From Octopus vulgaris (lineage: Eukaryota), in assembly GCA_951406725.2 (NCBI GenBank), contig OX597828.1, positions 60,760,001 through 60,824,000 on the forward strand: a stretch of DNA of 64,000 nt, in the 5' to 3' direction. This document shows positions 13,613 through 26,416 of this stretch, piece by piece (position 1 is the first letter of the stretch; every line of letters starts with the position of its first letter). The position numbers were made by a program, and so were the translations under genes. The notes under the pieces were generated by a model. It was not told the DNA's origin. It saw only the letters and a program-made list of their open reading frames with translations, and did no database searches.

Positions 13613-13979
13613 TGGAAGTTGTTAAAATGTATGTGCAATATAATTGGTTAAACTTCTACAACACAATATTTTCGCAGTTTTTTTTAATACAATTCCTAAT
13701 AATATTTAATTGTAATTAATAATCTTTAATTACATGACTTTTGAAAACTTGGAATTACTATGAGGGTCCACCTGAGTAAAATAGGAACCAATGGCTAAGA
13801 ACCACTTATGGTGGATAAGGCTCACTTGTTTGCTCCATGAAAGAATGAAAGTCAAAGTCATCGTTGGCGGGATTTGAACTCACAATCCAAAGAGCCAGAG
13901 AAATTACTGCCAAATATTTTCCCCGATGCTCAAACAGATCTACCAATCCAAAACCTTTGAATAAAACTAAGTATCAGCT

Positions 13980-14200
13980 ATTTATTGCCCACAAGGGGTT
14001 AAACATAGAAGGGACAAACAAAGACAGACAAAAGGATTAAGTCGATTACATCGACCCAGTGCGTAACTGGCACTTAATTTATCGACTCCGAAAAGATGAA
14101 AGGCAAAGTCGACCTCGGCGGAATTTGAACTCAGAAAGTAATGGCAGACGAAATACCGCTGAGCATTTCACCCGGCGCGCTAACATTTCTACCAGCTAAC
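13980..14200 (-). mobile_element. tRNA-derived Nin-like SINE
   Basis: Minus strand reads GAGTTCAAATTCCGCCGAGGTCGACTTTGCCTTTCATC..GTCGATAAAT. A partial + strand copy follows at about 14258-14380. Confidence 0.75.
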
Positions 14201-14378
14201 GTTTCTCCCATTAAGTTTTCTGGCCTTGTACCAAAATTAGAAAGAGTTATTCACTGAGGTCAGCTTTGCCTTTCATCCATTTGGGGTCGATAAAACAAGT
14301 ACCAGTTGAACACTGGGGTTGATTTAATCAGCTCATCCTCTCCACCAAAATTTATGCCCTTGTGGCAAAATTTGAAAC

Positions 14379-14439
<61 letters not shown>

Positions 14440-14443
<4 letters not shown>

Positions 14444-15610
14444 GTTTGACTTTTGATTTGTATTTGTACAACTTGACTCGAAGTCTCACTCAGAGACCTC
14501 AAGAGACAACAATTTAGAAGTTCATATTGGTGTTATGCCTAGGCTGTCATATATTTGGTTTTGCACATAGTATTGTTCAAGAGAATGTTTAAGAAAACAT
14601 AAGAAAATTATAAGTTTGTCTTAAAATTTGAGATTACATAGACAGTATTTTACGTAGGCTATGGGCAGTTCCCATGAGCACTTTGAATTTCTGTCACTTT
14701 GGGGTTTCCTGGTATCTGAGCTAGATAGCAAACAGCCCCTTTTACTATCATTCCTAGTGCACCTATGACAGCAAGTATTGTTTTAGTATTGAGGTTTCAC
14801 ATTTTGCCAATTTCTATTTCAAGATCTTTATACTTGCTCAGTTTTTTGTTAGGTCTTGACAGATACATTTATGCCGATTGGGATAGTCATATCAATGAGA
14901 AGGCATAATTTTTGTCTTTCAATATAATGTCTGGCCTATTCGTATCTATCTTTCTGTCAGTTTGAACGGTGAAGTTCCAGAAGAGTGTGATGTGATCATT
15001 TTCAAGCAGGTGGTTTGTATTCCCATCAGTTTTTATCATGGGGCAAGTCCAGATTTTTGCAAATTACCCAGTGAAATATATTGTGCAGCTCTATCATGCC
15101 TGCTGAGATACTCCGTAGGCATATGGAGACATGATCAATGGTTTCATTTTGTGGTTTACATACATAACATGTTGCGCTACTGCTGTTCTTTAATATGTTA
15201 GCCTGGTAGTTCTTTGTAGGCAGGCATTGATCTTGGGCTGTTATGATAAACCCTTCTGTTTCTGATTTTAAGCCAGGAGACACTAGCCATCGATTGGTAA
15301 GGGCTTTGTCAACATCGGCACTATTAGCTCTCTTTGGGTATTTGTCATAGAGAGGTTTTTCTTGCCATTTATCAGTAAGAATATCTAAGGCAGGCAGCAG
15401 TTTTAGCACGGGTTTTCTGTGCTTGCTTCTAGTTCGTCTAATTCTGGGATTTGTTATATTTGGAATTCACTTCGGATATTCATAGATTCTATGAATATAT
15501 TTCTATTAATATGAGATTCCTTTGCCTTTTTTGTTACTGAGTGTGACACTTTCTTGTTTTCATGCTTTGAGACATCCAGTCATCAGAGTTTTTCAAGTAG
15601 GTGTGGCAAT
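14440..15610 (-). mobile_element. R4/Dong-like retrotransposon 3' portion
   Basis: WQEKPL..GLKSETEGFIITAQDQCLPT..CYVCKPQNETIDH, NRPDII and VIGALG. Ends in a (TAA)n tail at 14381-14440. Confidence 0.8.
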
Positions 15611-16305
15611 CCTCTTCTTCTTCTTCTTCTTCTTCTTCTTTTCCACCTCCTCCTCCTCCTCCTCCTCCTCCTCCTCCTCCTCCTTCTTTTCCTCCTCCTC
15701 CCCCCTCCACCACCTCCATCTTCTTCTTTTCCTCCTCCTCCTCCTTCCTCCTCCTCCTCTTCTTCTTCTTCTTCTTCTTCTTCTTCTTCTTCTTCTTCTT
15801 TGTCGTCGTCGTCGTCGTCGTCGACATTATGCCATGTTTATCGTTGGTTTCCATTAAACTTTACGACTAGCTTAATACTCTTTCTGCTTGTTACTTTTTA
15901 GAATTTGTCACCATCGAAGTCACTCTTTTCTCCATCTACTGTAGCATCATCTCCTCGTATGTAAGTTCGATCAGGTTTCTGTATTGCCGTCTCCGCCTAT
16001 AAATTACTTTCCCTGTTAGTTATTCTAGTATTAAAACAACTATCATAACAAATATTAGTAATAGATTATTGGTGCAATCTCCATTGGCTCTGTAACGATA
16101 TCTTCCACTATAGAACGGAAGCCTATTCTTCGAATTTCTTAGTACCGTTCTATGCACTCTTTTACTCTAAACCTGATGACCTTTAACGACCTTTATGATT
16201 TGCATAAATATGTTGCAGTGTACTAAACTTGACTATGTGCAAGTTATAATAACGCAAACTGTAACGAAACATAGCTTCATGTTTGAGTAAATAACTTACA
16301 AATGC

Positions 16306-16384
<79 letters not shown>

Positions 16385-17349
16385 AACACGTACAAACACG
16401 CACACACAACTACTTTTGGTAATTTTTATCTATGGAACACAAATTCGGGATTTTTAATAAAAAATTGCATATTAAAAATATGTACTTAAAAGACCCAGTA
16501 TTCTCAACCAGTTTGCTTCTAATTCATAAGCTGGATGAAGAAAATATATTCGTAAAAAGTGCATCTTGTCTAGCAAATCTTCGAACATTTTGATCTCAAA
16601 CCTTGAAACACGAAATAAACGCTAACACTGATCACTGTCCTATAAACACCGAAAAATTTTACCCGACACCACAAAAGCTAAAATAAACCAGTACGCGGCA
16701 AACGTTGTACATGAGTACTTGATCAATAAACACAGACTGTATAAGAATAGCCCATACGAAACGCCTGGCATGAAGAGTCGACAAGTTTTTTTAAGAACTG
16801 GCTATTAAGGTTACATACATGCAACTCATAACCGAGCAATCGCCATTAATAAACAGTTGAACTATATTTCCGCTAAAACAAATATTAAGTTTAAGACTTG
16901 ATTGGAAGTCGGATATTCATAGATTCTATGAATATATTTCTATTAATATGAGATTCTAAATATTAGTCAACTTCTATGCTGTTTCATTGGAAAGGGTAAT
17001 TGCAATTTTCAATACATACATACATACATACATACATACATACATACATACATACATACATACATACATACATTCTTACATACATAACCCAACATAGCGA
17101 CCGTTATGGTGAGTCCAATTACCGCTCATATGAACGTAAAATACCAAATATTGGAAAAGTGGAGCTACAGAGTGTGGTTAGATTACATACAAATATTTCT
17201 ACATAAGTGCTTTAAATATTACATATATTTCAGCATGTCTGTATAAATAATACATATATCTTAACATACTTATGTAAACACAGCGCTGTAGCGATACACA
17301 CAAAGTAGTAAGTCAAGTCATGTTTCAAAACAACTTACGAAAAAGACAT

Positions 17350-17650
17350 ATGTATGTTTAAATATAATTGTAGAATTAAAATCAACCTGAAAGGAAAGAT
17401 TACCCAAGTTGTGATCAACTTTACATTTAATTTTGTCAAAACTTTGTCGAAGCTTTTAAAGAAGACCTATTTTGAAAAACAAACATCAGTGGATAGACAA
17501 AATCATCACAAGGTTAGTATAAGTCTCCTTCGACTAAATTGTGGCTACAATAATTACAATAACTCTATACAGTGGATGATCCACGATCTTAACACATATT
17601 TATATGAAGCATATATAACTGCCAGAAGTTCGGTTATATGCAAAGGCTAA
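17350..17650 (+). mobile_element. Possible very decayed Penelope-like fragment
   Basis: Weak similarity (F..LLKK.F...KVS.S) to the PLE RT/endonuclease linker. Not decisive. Confidence 0.25.
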
Positions 17651-18039
17651 AACATTTGTGGAACTCTAAACACCCAGATTTATATTTTTCCCCCAAAACA
17701 TTTAAATGAAAAGGCAAAACGTATCACTGTATCATTAGATATAAATTGATACATCTAACGTACATATCTGATTCAAAACAGGCTGACAACTATAAAGCTA
17801 GCCATTGAAGATAATCATCCCACATCCACTGATGGACAAACAGAACGGTCAGATAACTCTAGTAGTAAATACATCAACAATTTGGCTGAAATCCATCCCA
17901 CTTCCAGTGATGGACAGATAAAACCCTCAGTTAAATATAGCCTAAACTGCGCCAGCTGAAACAACTTACAGCTATAGCTGAAAAACTAAAACATTGGGTC
18001 ATCTCATAAATAATGCCTCTTTTTTTTTACACCTATTTT

Positions 18040-18490
18040 TCAAAACTAAGATAAAGGAAGTTCTTTTTTTGTAATCTAAAATATATTCTCTTTCATTTTC
18101 TGCAATGCTCTTCTGGTAGATTTGCAAGGGACTTCTTCCAAAATTCACTTGTCCGTGACGAAAAATACTCCTCCAGTACAGTTCTGTCCTCGTCTACAGA
18201 ATTCATATTTTTTCCGTCCAAATGATTTTGAAGACTACGAAATACATAATAATAAGATGGGGCAATGTACGGCGAATATGGTGAGTTGGGTATCGTTTCC
18301 CATTCAAACTGCTCCAGCCTTTGGAATGTCACCCTCGCTGTATGTGGCCGTGCATTATCTTGATAGAAGAACACCTTTCATCTTCAAACCAAAGATGGGC
18401 GTTTTTCTTCTAGCGCTGACTTAAGCTGTTCAAGCTGGTCACAGTAGATCTCCTTGTTATCGTTTAGTTTGGGTTTAAAAGGTTTAAAAG
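18040..18490 (-). mobile_element. Mariner transposase 3' fragment
   Basis: YQDNARPHTA..PYSPYIAPSYYY.FRSLQNHL, the DD34D C-terminal motifs. Confidence 0.85.
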
Positions 18491-18499
18491 CTCAAAGAC

Positions 18500-20380
18500 A
18501 CTTCAACAAAAGATCAGCTTGAGCACTGCTGGAGATTGGTATGGGAAACAATTGACCAATTCAACAAACAAGCTGTAGGACTAAATGACTACTGCAGGCA
18601 TGTCAAGCAAAAGTAATATGAAATAGACGGCGAAATACTGGAAACAGTTCTACAGAAAATGTCAAACAGGAAATCCCCAGGCTCAGACTCCATAACAGAC
18701 TATTGGCTGAGGAAATTTCACATTTTATCTGCGAAGATCTTATACGGTTGTATGGAAAAGTATCAAGGGTATACAAGAACTGCCCAATGGTTATCAATTG
18801 CAACTACTCTTCTCATCTTCCAAATAGACAAACCACCCTTGCTAAAAGTTTCCGCCCAATAACCTGCTAGAACATCATGTGCGAATTATGCACTGTGTAC
18901 ATCGATCTATTCTTTGTCCTCTAATTAAGCCTGTTACAAAACTGCTTATAAAACATAGTGACCAGAGAAATGGATCCAGACGTATCTCCTTTCTTTTCTT
19001 TGTCGACGACCTTATAACCCGATTTTCTACAGACATTAGGATGAAATTTGGTGAGTTCAAATGCGAATTTTTATATAAAAAAAAAACGCGGCGAAGTTGT
19101 GTCGTCTGAAAACCTAAAAATGAACGGCTTGACAGTCAGGCAACAATTATAGGTATCTCGGACAAGACGAGAATGTCAGATATGATGGACCCATACATAA
19201 GGAGAGGACCAGGAATTAATGCCTCAGAAGAGTAAACAGAATATTGTCATTTCAGTTTGAAACAAGCATATTGCCCACAATACCTTTGCAAGGCCTGTCC
19301 ACACGCTTACGTTTGATCTTCTGAACTGGTCACTCCAAGAACTCAATGAGATAGATGCTCAAAGTCGCAAGCTGTTCAGTGTTGCAGGAAACTTCAATAT
19401 CAATGTAAATGTAGGCGGGTTACACTTCCTACGCAAAGATGGTGGCCATTGTCTCAAATCTGTAAGGATGTCATATGAAGCACGTATTGCGAAATTGAAA
19501 CATCTGCAACATGGGAAATAGACCATTACTTATCTTTCTGAAGTTTGTGAACCAACAACATAATTAGGATAATTAAAGAACTTGAGGAGAGGTATGAAAT
19601 AAGAGCTGATCTCTCCCTAAGGGGCATTGGTAAAATCTATCAGAGAAACAGGAAAAAATGAGCCAATTCACTAAGAGTACTTCATGGATACTTGACACAT
19701 AAAACAACCAATACAAAGGATTGACTAATCAAAAGCTTAGCCTATAGTACCGGCATGTTTATGAGATCTCAGTTTGAAGGTTACATCCTTGCAATTCAAT
19801 AAAATACCCCACCAAATACCTACAGCATAAAAGGCAGAAAATATCGAAAGACAACAAATGTAGGTTTTGCAAGACCAAGACTGAAGACGTCAACCACAAT
19901 ATTGCCAACTACGAGAAAATGAGGCATGATACGGTGGCCAGAGCAGTCTGGAATAGGCAAACGAAAAAGAAAATAGCTACAAATGGCAGTTGACCATATT
20001 GAGACTGATGAATCCAAATATTGATGGAATTTAAAGATTAAAATAACCACCATCCGGCCAAATATCGTTGTGTGGCAACACAAGGAAAGATATATTCTGT
20101 TGTGGAAATTAGCTGTACACCAATGTGGTTAGGAAAAAGAAGAGAAAGAGGACCTCTGTGGACCATTGATAAGGGGTTTGCAAATACACTTCCAGCTTCA
20201 CACCTAAAATCATTGGAACAACAAGATACACACGAACCCGTCTGGAGCAAAGTGTGGCTGAACTCGGGATCTTATGGAATGAATGCAAATCTTTAATTTA
20301 TATGCTACAAATGATCAAGATATCTGAGACTAGAAATGCCTGCAAGACCTTCTTAAGATTTAAAGGATGGGGGTTAAAAC
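18500..20380 (+). mobile_element. Decayed RLE non-LTR retrotransposon (relative of the 48.4-51 kb family)
   Basis: KSPGSD.I..YW, FLFFVDDL and GNFNIN remnants. A (CATA)n tract follows. Confidence 0.65.
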
Positions 20381-20628
20381 AAGATACTTTTCTTCTCAAC
20401 GTCGCTACACAAAATTAAAAAGAGAAAGAAAACATACGTGCATGCATGCATACATACATACAAACAATAATACCCTGTTGTTGATGTTGAAATTCCAGTG
20501 AAGCGACATTGGATCTAGGTTAGAAACTGTGGTTATTTCTCTATTGGTAAGAAATCTTGAAATAAATTAAATAATGACACACATACATACACACACATAC
20601 ATGCATACATGCATGCATACATACATAT

Positions 20629-20659
<31 letters not shown>

Positions 20660-20684
20660 CATACATACATACATACATATTAAC

Positions 20685-21430
20685 ACCAAGGATACCACTC
20701 ACATCATAAGCAGTTGTCCGAAAATGTCATCACGGTAATATCTGCCGATGAGACAATATGTTTTAGCTAGGACATTCTATAATGAAATCTGTCAGAAGAA
20801 ATAAGAACCCACAGTATAGTAGAAACCATAGCCACTCATGATAAAAAGGAGTACTGTTGGAATGTCCCAGTGAAGACCGCAATAAAATGTAAGGACACCT
20901 GATCTGATAATATGATTTAGGATAGAGAAGAGAAACTGTGCACAGTTGTTGAAATTAGCTGTCCAGCGGATGTTAATATAAAGCTGAAGATCAATGAAAA
21001 AGAGAACATTTATGCTGAACTATTGAAAAATCTGCAGTTACTCTATCCAAATTACGCGTTCAGGTTTATATCTGTAATTATTGGGGCCCTGGGATATGTA
21101 ACACACTGCCTACCAATCATGAAGAATTAGGCTTCTCAAAACCAGAAAGGAGAAAGCTAATTCGAAGACTACAGATCCAATCCATCACTGGAACTGTACA
21201 AATCTGTAAAGCTTACCAGAAGTTTATCATTTAAATATATATGAGCATGTCTAGATATGCAACTATATGCATGAAGATACATACATAAAGCAAAACATAC
21301 AAATCTGCACACATACATACAAACAAATATACAGTTGTTCATGTTGAAGTTCCAATGAAGGAGCCCTGGATCTAGGTTAGAAATCGGCTCTTTCTCTATT
21401 AGCAAGAAATCTTGAAATAAAGCTGAACAG
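20685..21430 (+). mobile_element. 3' fragment of (CATA)n-associated RLE retrotransposon
   Basis: Closely similar to 50395-51030 (VVEISCPAD..K, VIIGALG). Confidence 0.8.
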
Positions 21431-21507
21431 TGACACACACACATATACATGGTGGCTGCCCCCTCGTTATCGAGTATGGCCATTGCACGAAGCTTAATCA
21501 ATGTTGT

Positions 21508-21830
21508 TATCGGATTCAGTCTCGCTGCGCAACATCTTAGGCAAATGTCTTCTGTTATAGCCACAGACCGACTAATACTTTGCGAATAAATTTTCATAGA
21601 GGGAAACTATGTGGAGGATCGCATGTGTGTGTGTGTGTGAGCGTTTCCCCCCTTACAGCTTGACAACTGATGTTCGTTTGTGTACGTCTCCGCACCTTAG
21701 CGGTTCGGCAAAAGAGACCGATAAATTAAACTTAAAAGAATATTTACTCAGGTCAATGTATTCGACAAAACTCTTGAAGACGACACCCCTGCAAGGCCGA
21801 AGTCCAGTGGATGAAGCAATTAAAAGAAAA
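21508..21830 (+). mobile_element. CORE-like tRNA SINE, decayed
   Basis: CATCTTAGGCAAATGTCTTCTGTTATAGCC is homologous to the reverse complement of 41736-42128. Confidence 0.6.
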
Positions 21831-23057
21831 GGTTATTGACAGTTGTGAAATCAGTTGAGAACTGTTCAAGCAGTTTTGGACTGTTGTCAGCCGTTTTGGA
21901 CAATTCATTCAAACTTAGTCACAAAGGAAACATTTCTGGTCCAATACTTTGGACCTAAGTATCTCTACTCAGATTAGTAATTTATTTACATATACTTTGA
22001 CACACTTTATTATGTTACTGAGTGTGAAATAGTATAAAAAGTTGGTGATGTGGGAGGAAGATTTATATGTGAGACGTTTCTGAATTCCAACATCAAACTT
22101 CTACTGTTGTTATGATCTAAATTCCAGTGACGGAGCTTGAAGTATTTTTTATTAGAAACAGCTTCTTTATGGGAATAACTCAAAGAACTTAAAAACAAAA
22201 CAAATGCATACAGCGGAATTCAGGACGTTTAGTCGCCATAATGCATCCAGATATAACGTTTTGAGCCTTATAATTTATCTGAGAATGTGGCATCGCTGCT
22301 TAAGCTGTGACCAAGGAAATGAAGACAGGATTTAAATAGAGGGAGTCGGGGGAAGGCCAAGCCAGAGGCCGTATGGGAGGATTAGAAATCTAGGGTGCAG
22401 GGTGAACGAGAGAGGAGAAATCAAAGAATTACAGAAGGAATGTAGAAAGAGTCAAACGTTACAAAAGGAAATTTGGAAGAGTCTAAGTAAAAAAGAAATG
22501 CAAAGGGAAAGTAGGAGCACTGGCTCAAAGTAATAGTAGCTGGAAATGATAATTAGGCGTAAAGGACCTCATAGACTATTTTTTATTATGAATGAATAAA
22601 ATCTATAGTCAGTAAAAGGATTGTAAACTCACATACACGCATTCACTGAACACGTACACCCACAGTAGAATACACGTACACATATACTTCCATTCGCATA
22701 CATACATATACATGCATAATTTCATTTTAGGAACACTCACACACACACACACACACACACCCTTACATTATCATGTATTTATCACCATCCATATGTGTAT
22801 AATTATTGATAGAGTCAAGGATCTTTTATTTGTTTCAGTATTGCACCATGCTGGGGCCCCGCTTTGAAAGGTTTAGTCAAACAAACTGACTCCAGTATTT
22901 ATTTCTAAGTCTGGTTTATTCCATCAGTTCTTTTTTGCCAAACTGGTAGGCTACTGGGATAAAAACAAACTAACACCAGTAGCCAAGAGGGAACAAACGC
23001 AACACAAAGAGGGAACAAACGCAACACAAAGATACACTCATATATTTATATATATAG

Positions 23058-23117
<60 letters not shown>

Positions 23118-23894
23118 ACACGCACACATATACCAGCTATACTATTCCTACAATTTCCGAGTGCCTTTTGGTTGTGCTGTGTCCAGGACTAAAATCACAC
23201 TACTCTTCGGCAGGCTTCGGCTCAACAATTTCCCTGCATCTCTTTTCCAGACACTTTGTGTAGACTTTACCAGGGAAGTTCAATAAAGATTAGAGTACTC
23301 TTTCTTATTTCCTTTTTTAACAATTGGGGTTATCACTCCGGATTGCCATTGTTTTGGTGTCTATCTTATGGCAAAAGGAGGAAAACAACTGAAAGTCAGT
23401 CTGGCAACATTTCTTTCAATGGCGGTATCCGTCAGAAAATGCTGCCGACACCTAGGGAAGGATAAAAGATATATGCCATTTTGGGACATGTAACAATAAA
23501 CGCGTAACAGGGGATATTACACCGAAGAAAAAAAATCCTGAAAACTATCTATATACAATAAACCAGTGGAATATAACGTATTCGCCGCACATACAAATAC
23601 GTAGGCTACTCGATTGGATGCCAGATAAGATCTATGACACAGTTGTGTCATAAGAAAATTATTAGCCGCCATCAAAAATGTCCTTTCATATTACCACACG
23701 AGTGTACGTGTTTGTCATCCAAGTGCAAAAATTAACAACCTGATGCTTAAGGTGGTTATTGGTATAATGCCAAGATGAGACAACTGATGCAGACTTGTAA
23801 AGGGTAAAAACGAAAATACGGCAAGAGCTTTCCTTTTACAATTCTGAAAATACTGGTTAATATTGATTTCTGTTTGAAAAGGTACAAAGAATAA

Positions 23895-23934
<40 letters not shown>

Positions 23935-24143
23935 AAAAAGCCGATTCGAGAGTTTCTCTGGTGGTGTTTCTCTAACAGAACACCCACCTAAATACATAGC
24001 AAATACATAGACACTATCTTCGGATCTACAATTACTCTTATCATCACCAATGTCATGGTCATTCGTATTGTTATCATCATCGTTATTGTATATGGATCAC
24101 CAGTAATTTCTATTTTATTTTCTCGTATTATTTCTATTTGTAG

Positions 24144-24373
24144 GTTTCTTGGAGTATCCTCAGTGAGTACCCTGCATGGAGACACTTGCAATGAAGTACC
24201 TGGATTAGTGTGGAGGCAAATAGAAGTATGTCGTAACAATCCTCAGACACTCTATTGCATCAGTGAAGGCGCCAGGAAAGGAATTATGGAGTGCAAAGCA
24301 CAGTTTCGTTATGAACGTTGGAACTGTACAACCCAACGGAATCTGTCGGTGTTTGGACAAACTCTAACGAAAG
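24144..24373 (+). CDS. Wnt16: Wnt family ligand (Wnt16-like), internal coding exon
   Basis: Translates (x)FLGVSS..CNEVPGLVWRQIEVCRNNP..CISEGARKGIMECKAQFRYERWNCTT..FGQTLTK(G), a Wnt N-terminal signature (ECxxQFxxxRWNC). Acceptor tttgtag ends at 24143 and donor GTAACA starts at 24374. The phase-1 end matches the next exon. Confidence 0.9.
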
Positions 24374-25094
24374 GTAACATTACTTTCATTATCGTTAAAT
24401 CATCAGACAAAAATACCATGAGGCAATTACGGCTTTTTGCATCCTGAGGTCAAATCGTACTGGAGTCAACACTGATTTCAATCTTTCTGAGTCGATGAAC
24501 TAAATACTACTCAAATGCTGTTGTCAGTACTATCAACTAATCCCTCACACCCAAATTTCTAGGCTTGTGCCCCTGAAAGGAACCATTATTACATATAACT
24601 TCTCCGCAATCCTTCTGAACTTCTCTCCATTAATATCTTTTTAAAAACGTTCTTTATTTTGTTTTTTTTTCCTGTTTTCTTTAATGTCTATTATATTAAT
24701 TGAGTGAACGAATAATTAGTACCGGAATTTATTAATCATGGCACTCTCTAATGTAGTAAACTTTAAAACAATATAACATTTTAAACGGTTTCTTTTGGAC
24801 AGCGTCGGCAGCTTTCTTTGAATATGATTTGATAGGGTCAAAATGTCCTGCTTGGGTCCTGCTATCCGCGTATACAAGCACGTTCTGCCTTTATGGACGA
24901 AGTTGCGAAGTTTAGTGACATATTCGAAATAGGAATACCTTTAACTGTTTACCACCGCATTCAGTTTTCTACCTCTTCTTTTTTGTTTTCGATTTAGTAT
25001 TTCTTAAGTATTTCTTAAGTGTCAGTAAGCCTGATTAGAATTTTCACTTGATCTGTTGATTAATTAACATGTTGCCGCTCGCTTGTTTATTTGG

Positions 25095-25226
25095 TTGGCC
25101 TGATGAGTTGAGAGTTTGCAGCATATTACGTAATCGAATGGATTTGTGTATATTGCATACCTAACTGTATTGTGCTTATGTCACAATAAAACCTCCTAAC
25201 GAAACAAATAACCCATTTGTCTGTTT
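25095..25226 (+). ncRNA. Hammerhead-like motif with branched stem II and full stem III
   Basis: CTGATGA 25100-25106. Stem II GTTG-AGAG-TTT..AAAA-CCTC-C-TAAC encloses two hairpins. GAAA 25201-25204. Stem III ACAAAT/ATTTGT, with GTC ending at 25221. Stem I pairing is poor. Confidence 0.45.
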
Positions 25227-25411
25227 TTTTGTGTGTTTTTCTCTTACGACACGTTTAATGTTCCATTCATCGTTTGATACTTTTGAATAATATTGCAGTC
25301 GTGGATTACATAACGACAGTGAACTTCCCTACATCGAAACATTCCGTGCTATGATAATGGATTTCATAACTTTCTGCTTTGCGTCATTCTGGCTGCGACC
25401 CTTGTAAAACA

Positions 25412-25456
<45 letters not shown>

Positions 25457-25665
25457 TATGTGAAATAGAAAGATGAATAATCTTGTAGTAGATTAATCAA
25501 AAGTTTAACCGATACCTTAGTAGCAAAAATCACAGCAGTAAACAGCACGGTTGGAGGTACAACCATATGGTGTTGCAACCGTGCGTTGGTGCGGATAATT
25601 GAAATTAAAACATTATTGGTGAATTGAAGAAATGGAGCTGAACGCAGATTGAACAGAGATCGTTT

Positions 25666-25759
25666 TATTTCATTCTACACGTGTTTCGAAAGGCACAAAT
25701 TACCAAAATCCGATTGAATAATGGGACCATATTGTGTCTTTCTCTTCAGGAAGAAAATA
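25666..25759 (-). ncRNA. Mirror-copy hammerhead ribozyme motif
   Basis: Reverse complement of 25851-25944, in the left arm. Confidence 0.75.
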
Positions 25760-25850
25760 GGAAATCCGTTGGAAAAACAAAAACAGAACAGAGGCGGAGC
25801 AAAAACAAATCGAACTATGCTCCTAAGCATAGTTTTTCCAACGGATTTCC

Positions 25851-25944
25851 TATTTTCTTCCTGAAGAGAAAGACACAATATGGTCCCATTATTCAATCGG
25901 ATTTTGGTAATTTGTGCCTTTCGAAACACGTGTAGAATGAAATA
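25851..25944 (+). ncRNA. Type I hammerhead ribozyme motif (minimal palindromic stem III)
   Basis: Stem I TATTTTCTTC/GAATGAAATA, CTGAAGA 25861-25867, stem II GAAAGACACAA/TTGTGCCTTTC, GAAA 25923-25926, palindrome ACACGTGT, predicted GTA cleavage after 25934. Confidence 0.75.
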
Positions 25945-25994
25945 AAACGATTTCTGTTCAATCTGCGTTCAGCTCCATTTCTTCAATTCACCAA

Positions 25995-26083
<89 letters not shown>

Positions 26084-26100
26084 GTATATATATATATATG

Positions 26101-26132
<32 letters not shown>

Positions 26133-26350
26133 TATATGCCTGGGGTTAAACTAGTAGTACCATTCAACAGCCAATTTGATGTGACGACTGGCTTTACTGT
26201 TCAGTATAGTTTCTACTCTAGTCTCTTCATGAGATTTTACAACTCGCTATATTTGCTTGTTGCAAATCAGTGACCGATGGTCACTTTGTTTACAATATAT
26301 CGTTAGCTTGTTTACAATATATGTTTACAATATATCGTACGCTTTGGCGT

Positions 26351-26416
26351 AGGTGCTCCCGACTGAGGAGAGGCCAAATAGCTCGAAACCGAGCCAGTCT
26401 CGCGATCTTGATACCT
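26351..26416 (+). ncRNA. Type I hammerhead-like motif
   Basis: cccga-CTGAGGA (26363)-GAG..CTC-GAAA (26385)-C cgagcca G-TC (26399)-tcgcg. Stem I cga/tcg, with outer aggt/acct. Confidence 0.55.

Larger units (their letters stand above)
25612..25998. repeat. Near-perfect inverted repeat (167-bp arms, 53-nt loop), Penelope-like pLTR pair
   Basis: 25612-25778 is the reverse complement of 25832-25998 with one mismatch. The unit 25459-25998 is bounded by (TA)n on both sides. Confidence 0.95.

Noticed and set aside
21350-21400. TGAAGGAGCC..GGTTAGAAA motif in the 3' tail of the CATA family (also about 20495 and 51648)
   Set aside because: The core deviates from CUGANGA in all three copies and stems I and III do not form, so not called a hammerhead.
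22986-23031. 22-nt tandem duplication AAGAGGGAACAAACGCAACACA
   Set aside because: Ordinary slippage duplication inside a decayed SINE.
25675-25935. Twin 84-aa ORFs on opposite strands with identical ends
   Set aside because: A by-product of the palindrome, with no protein motif.
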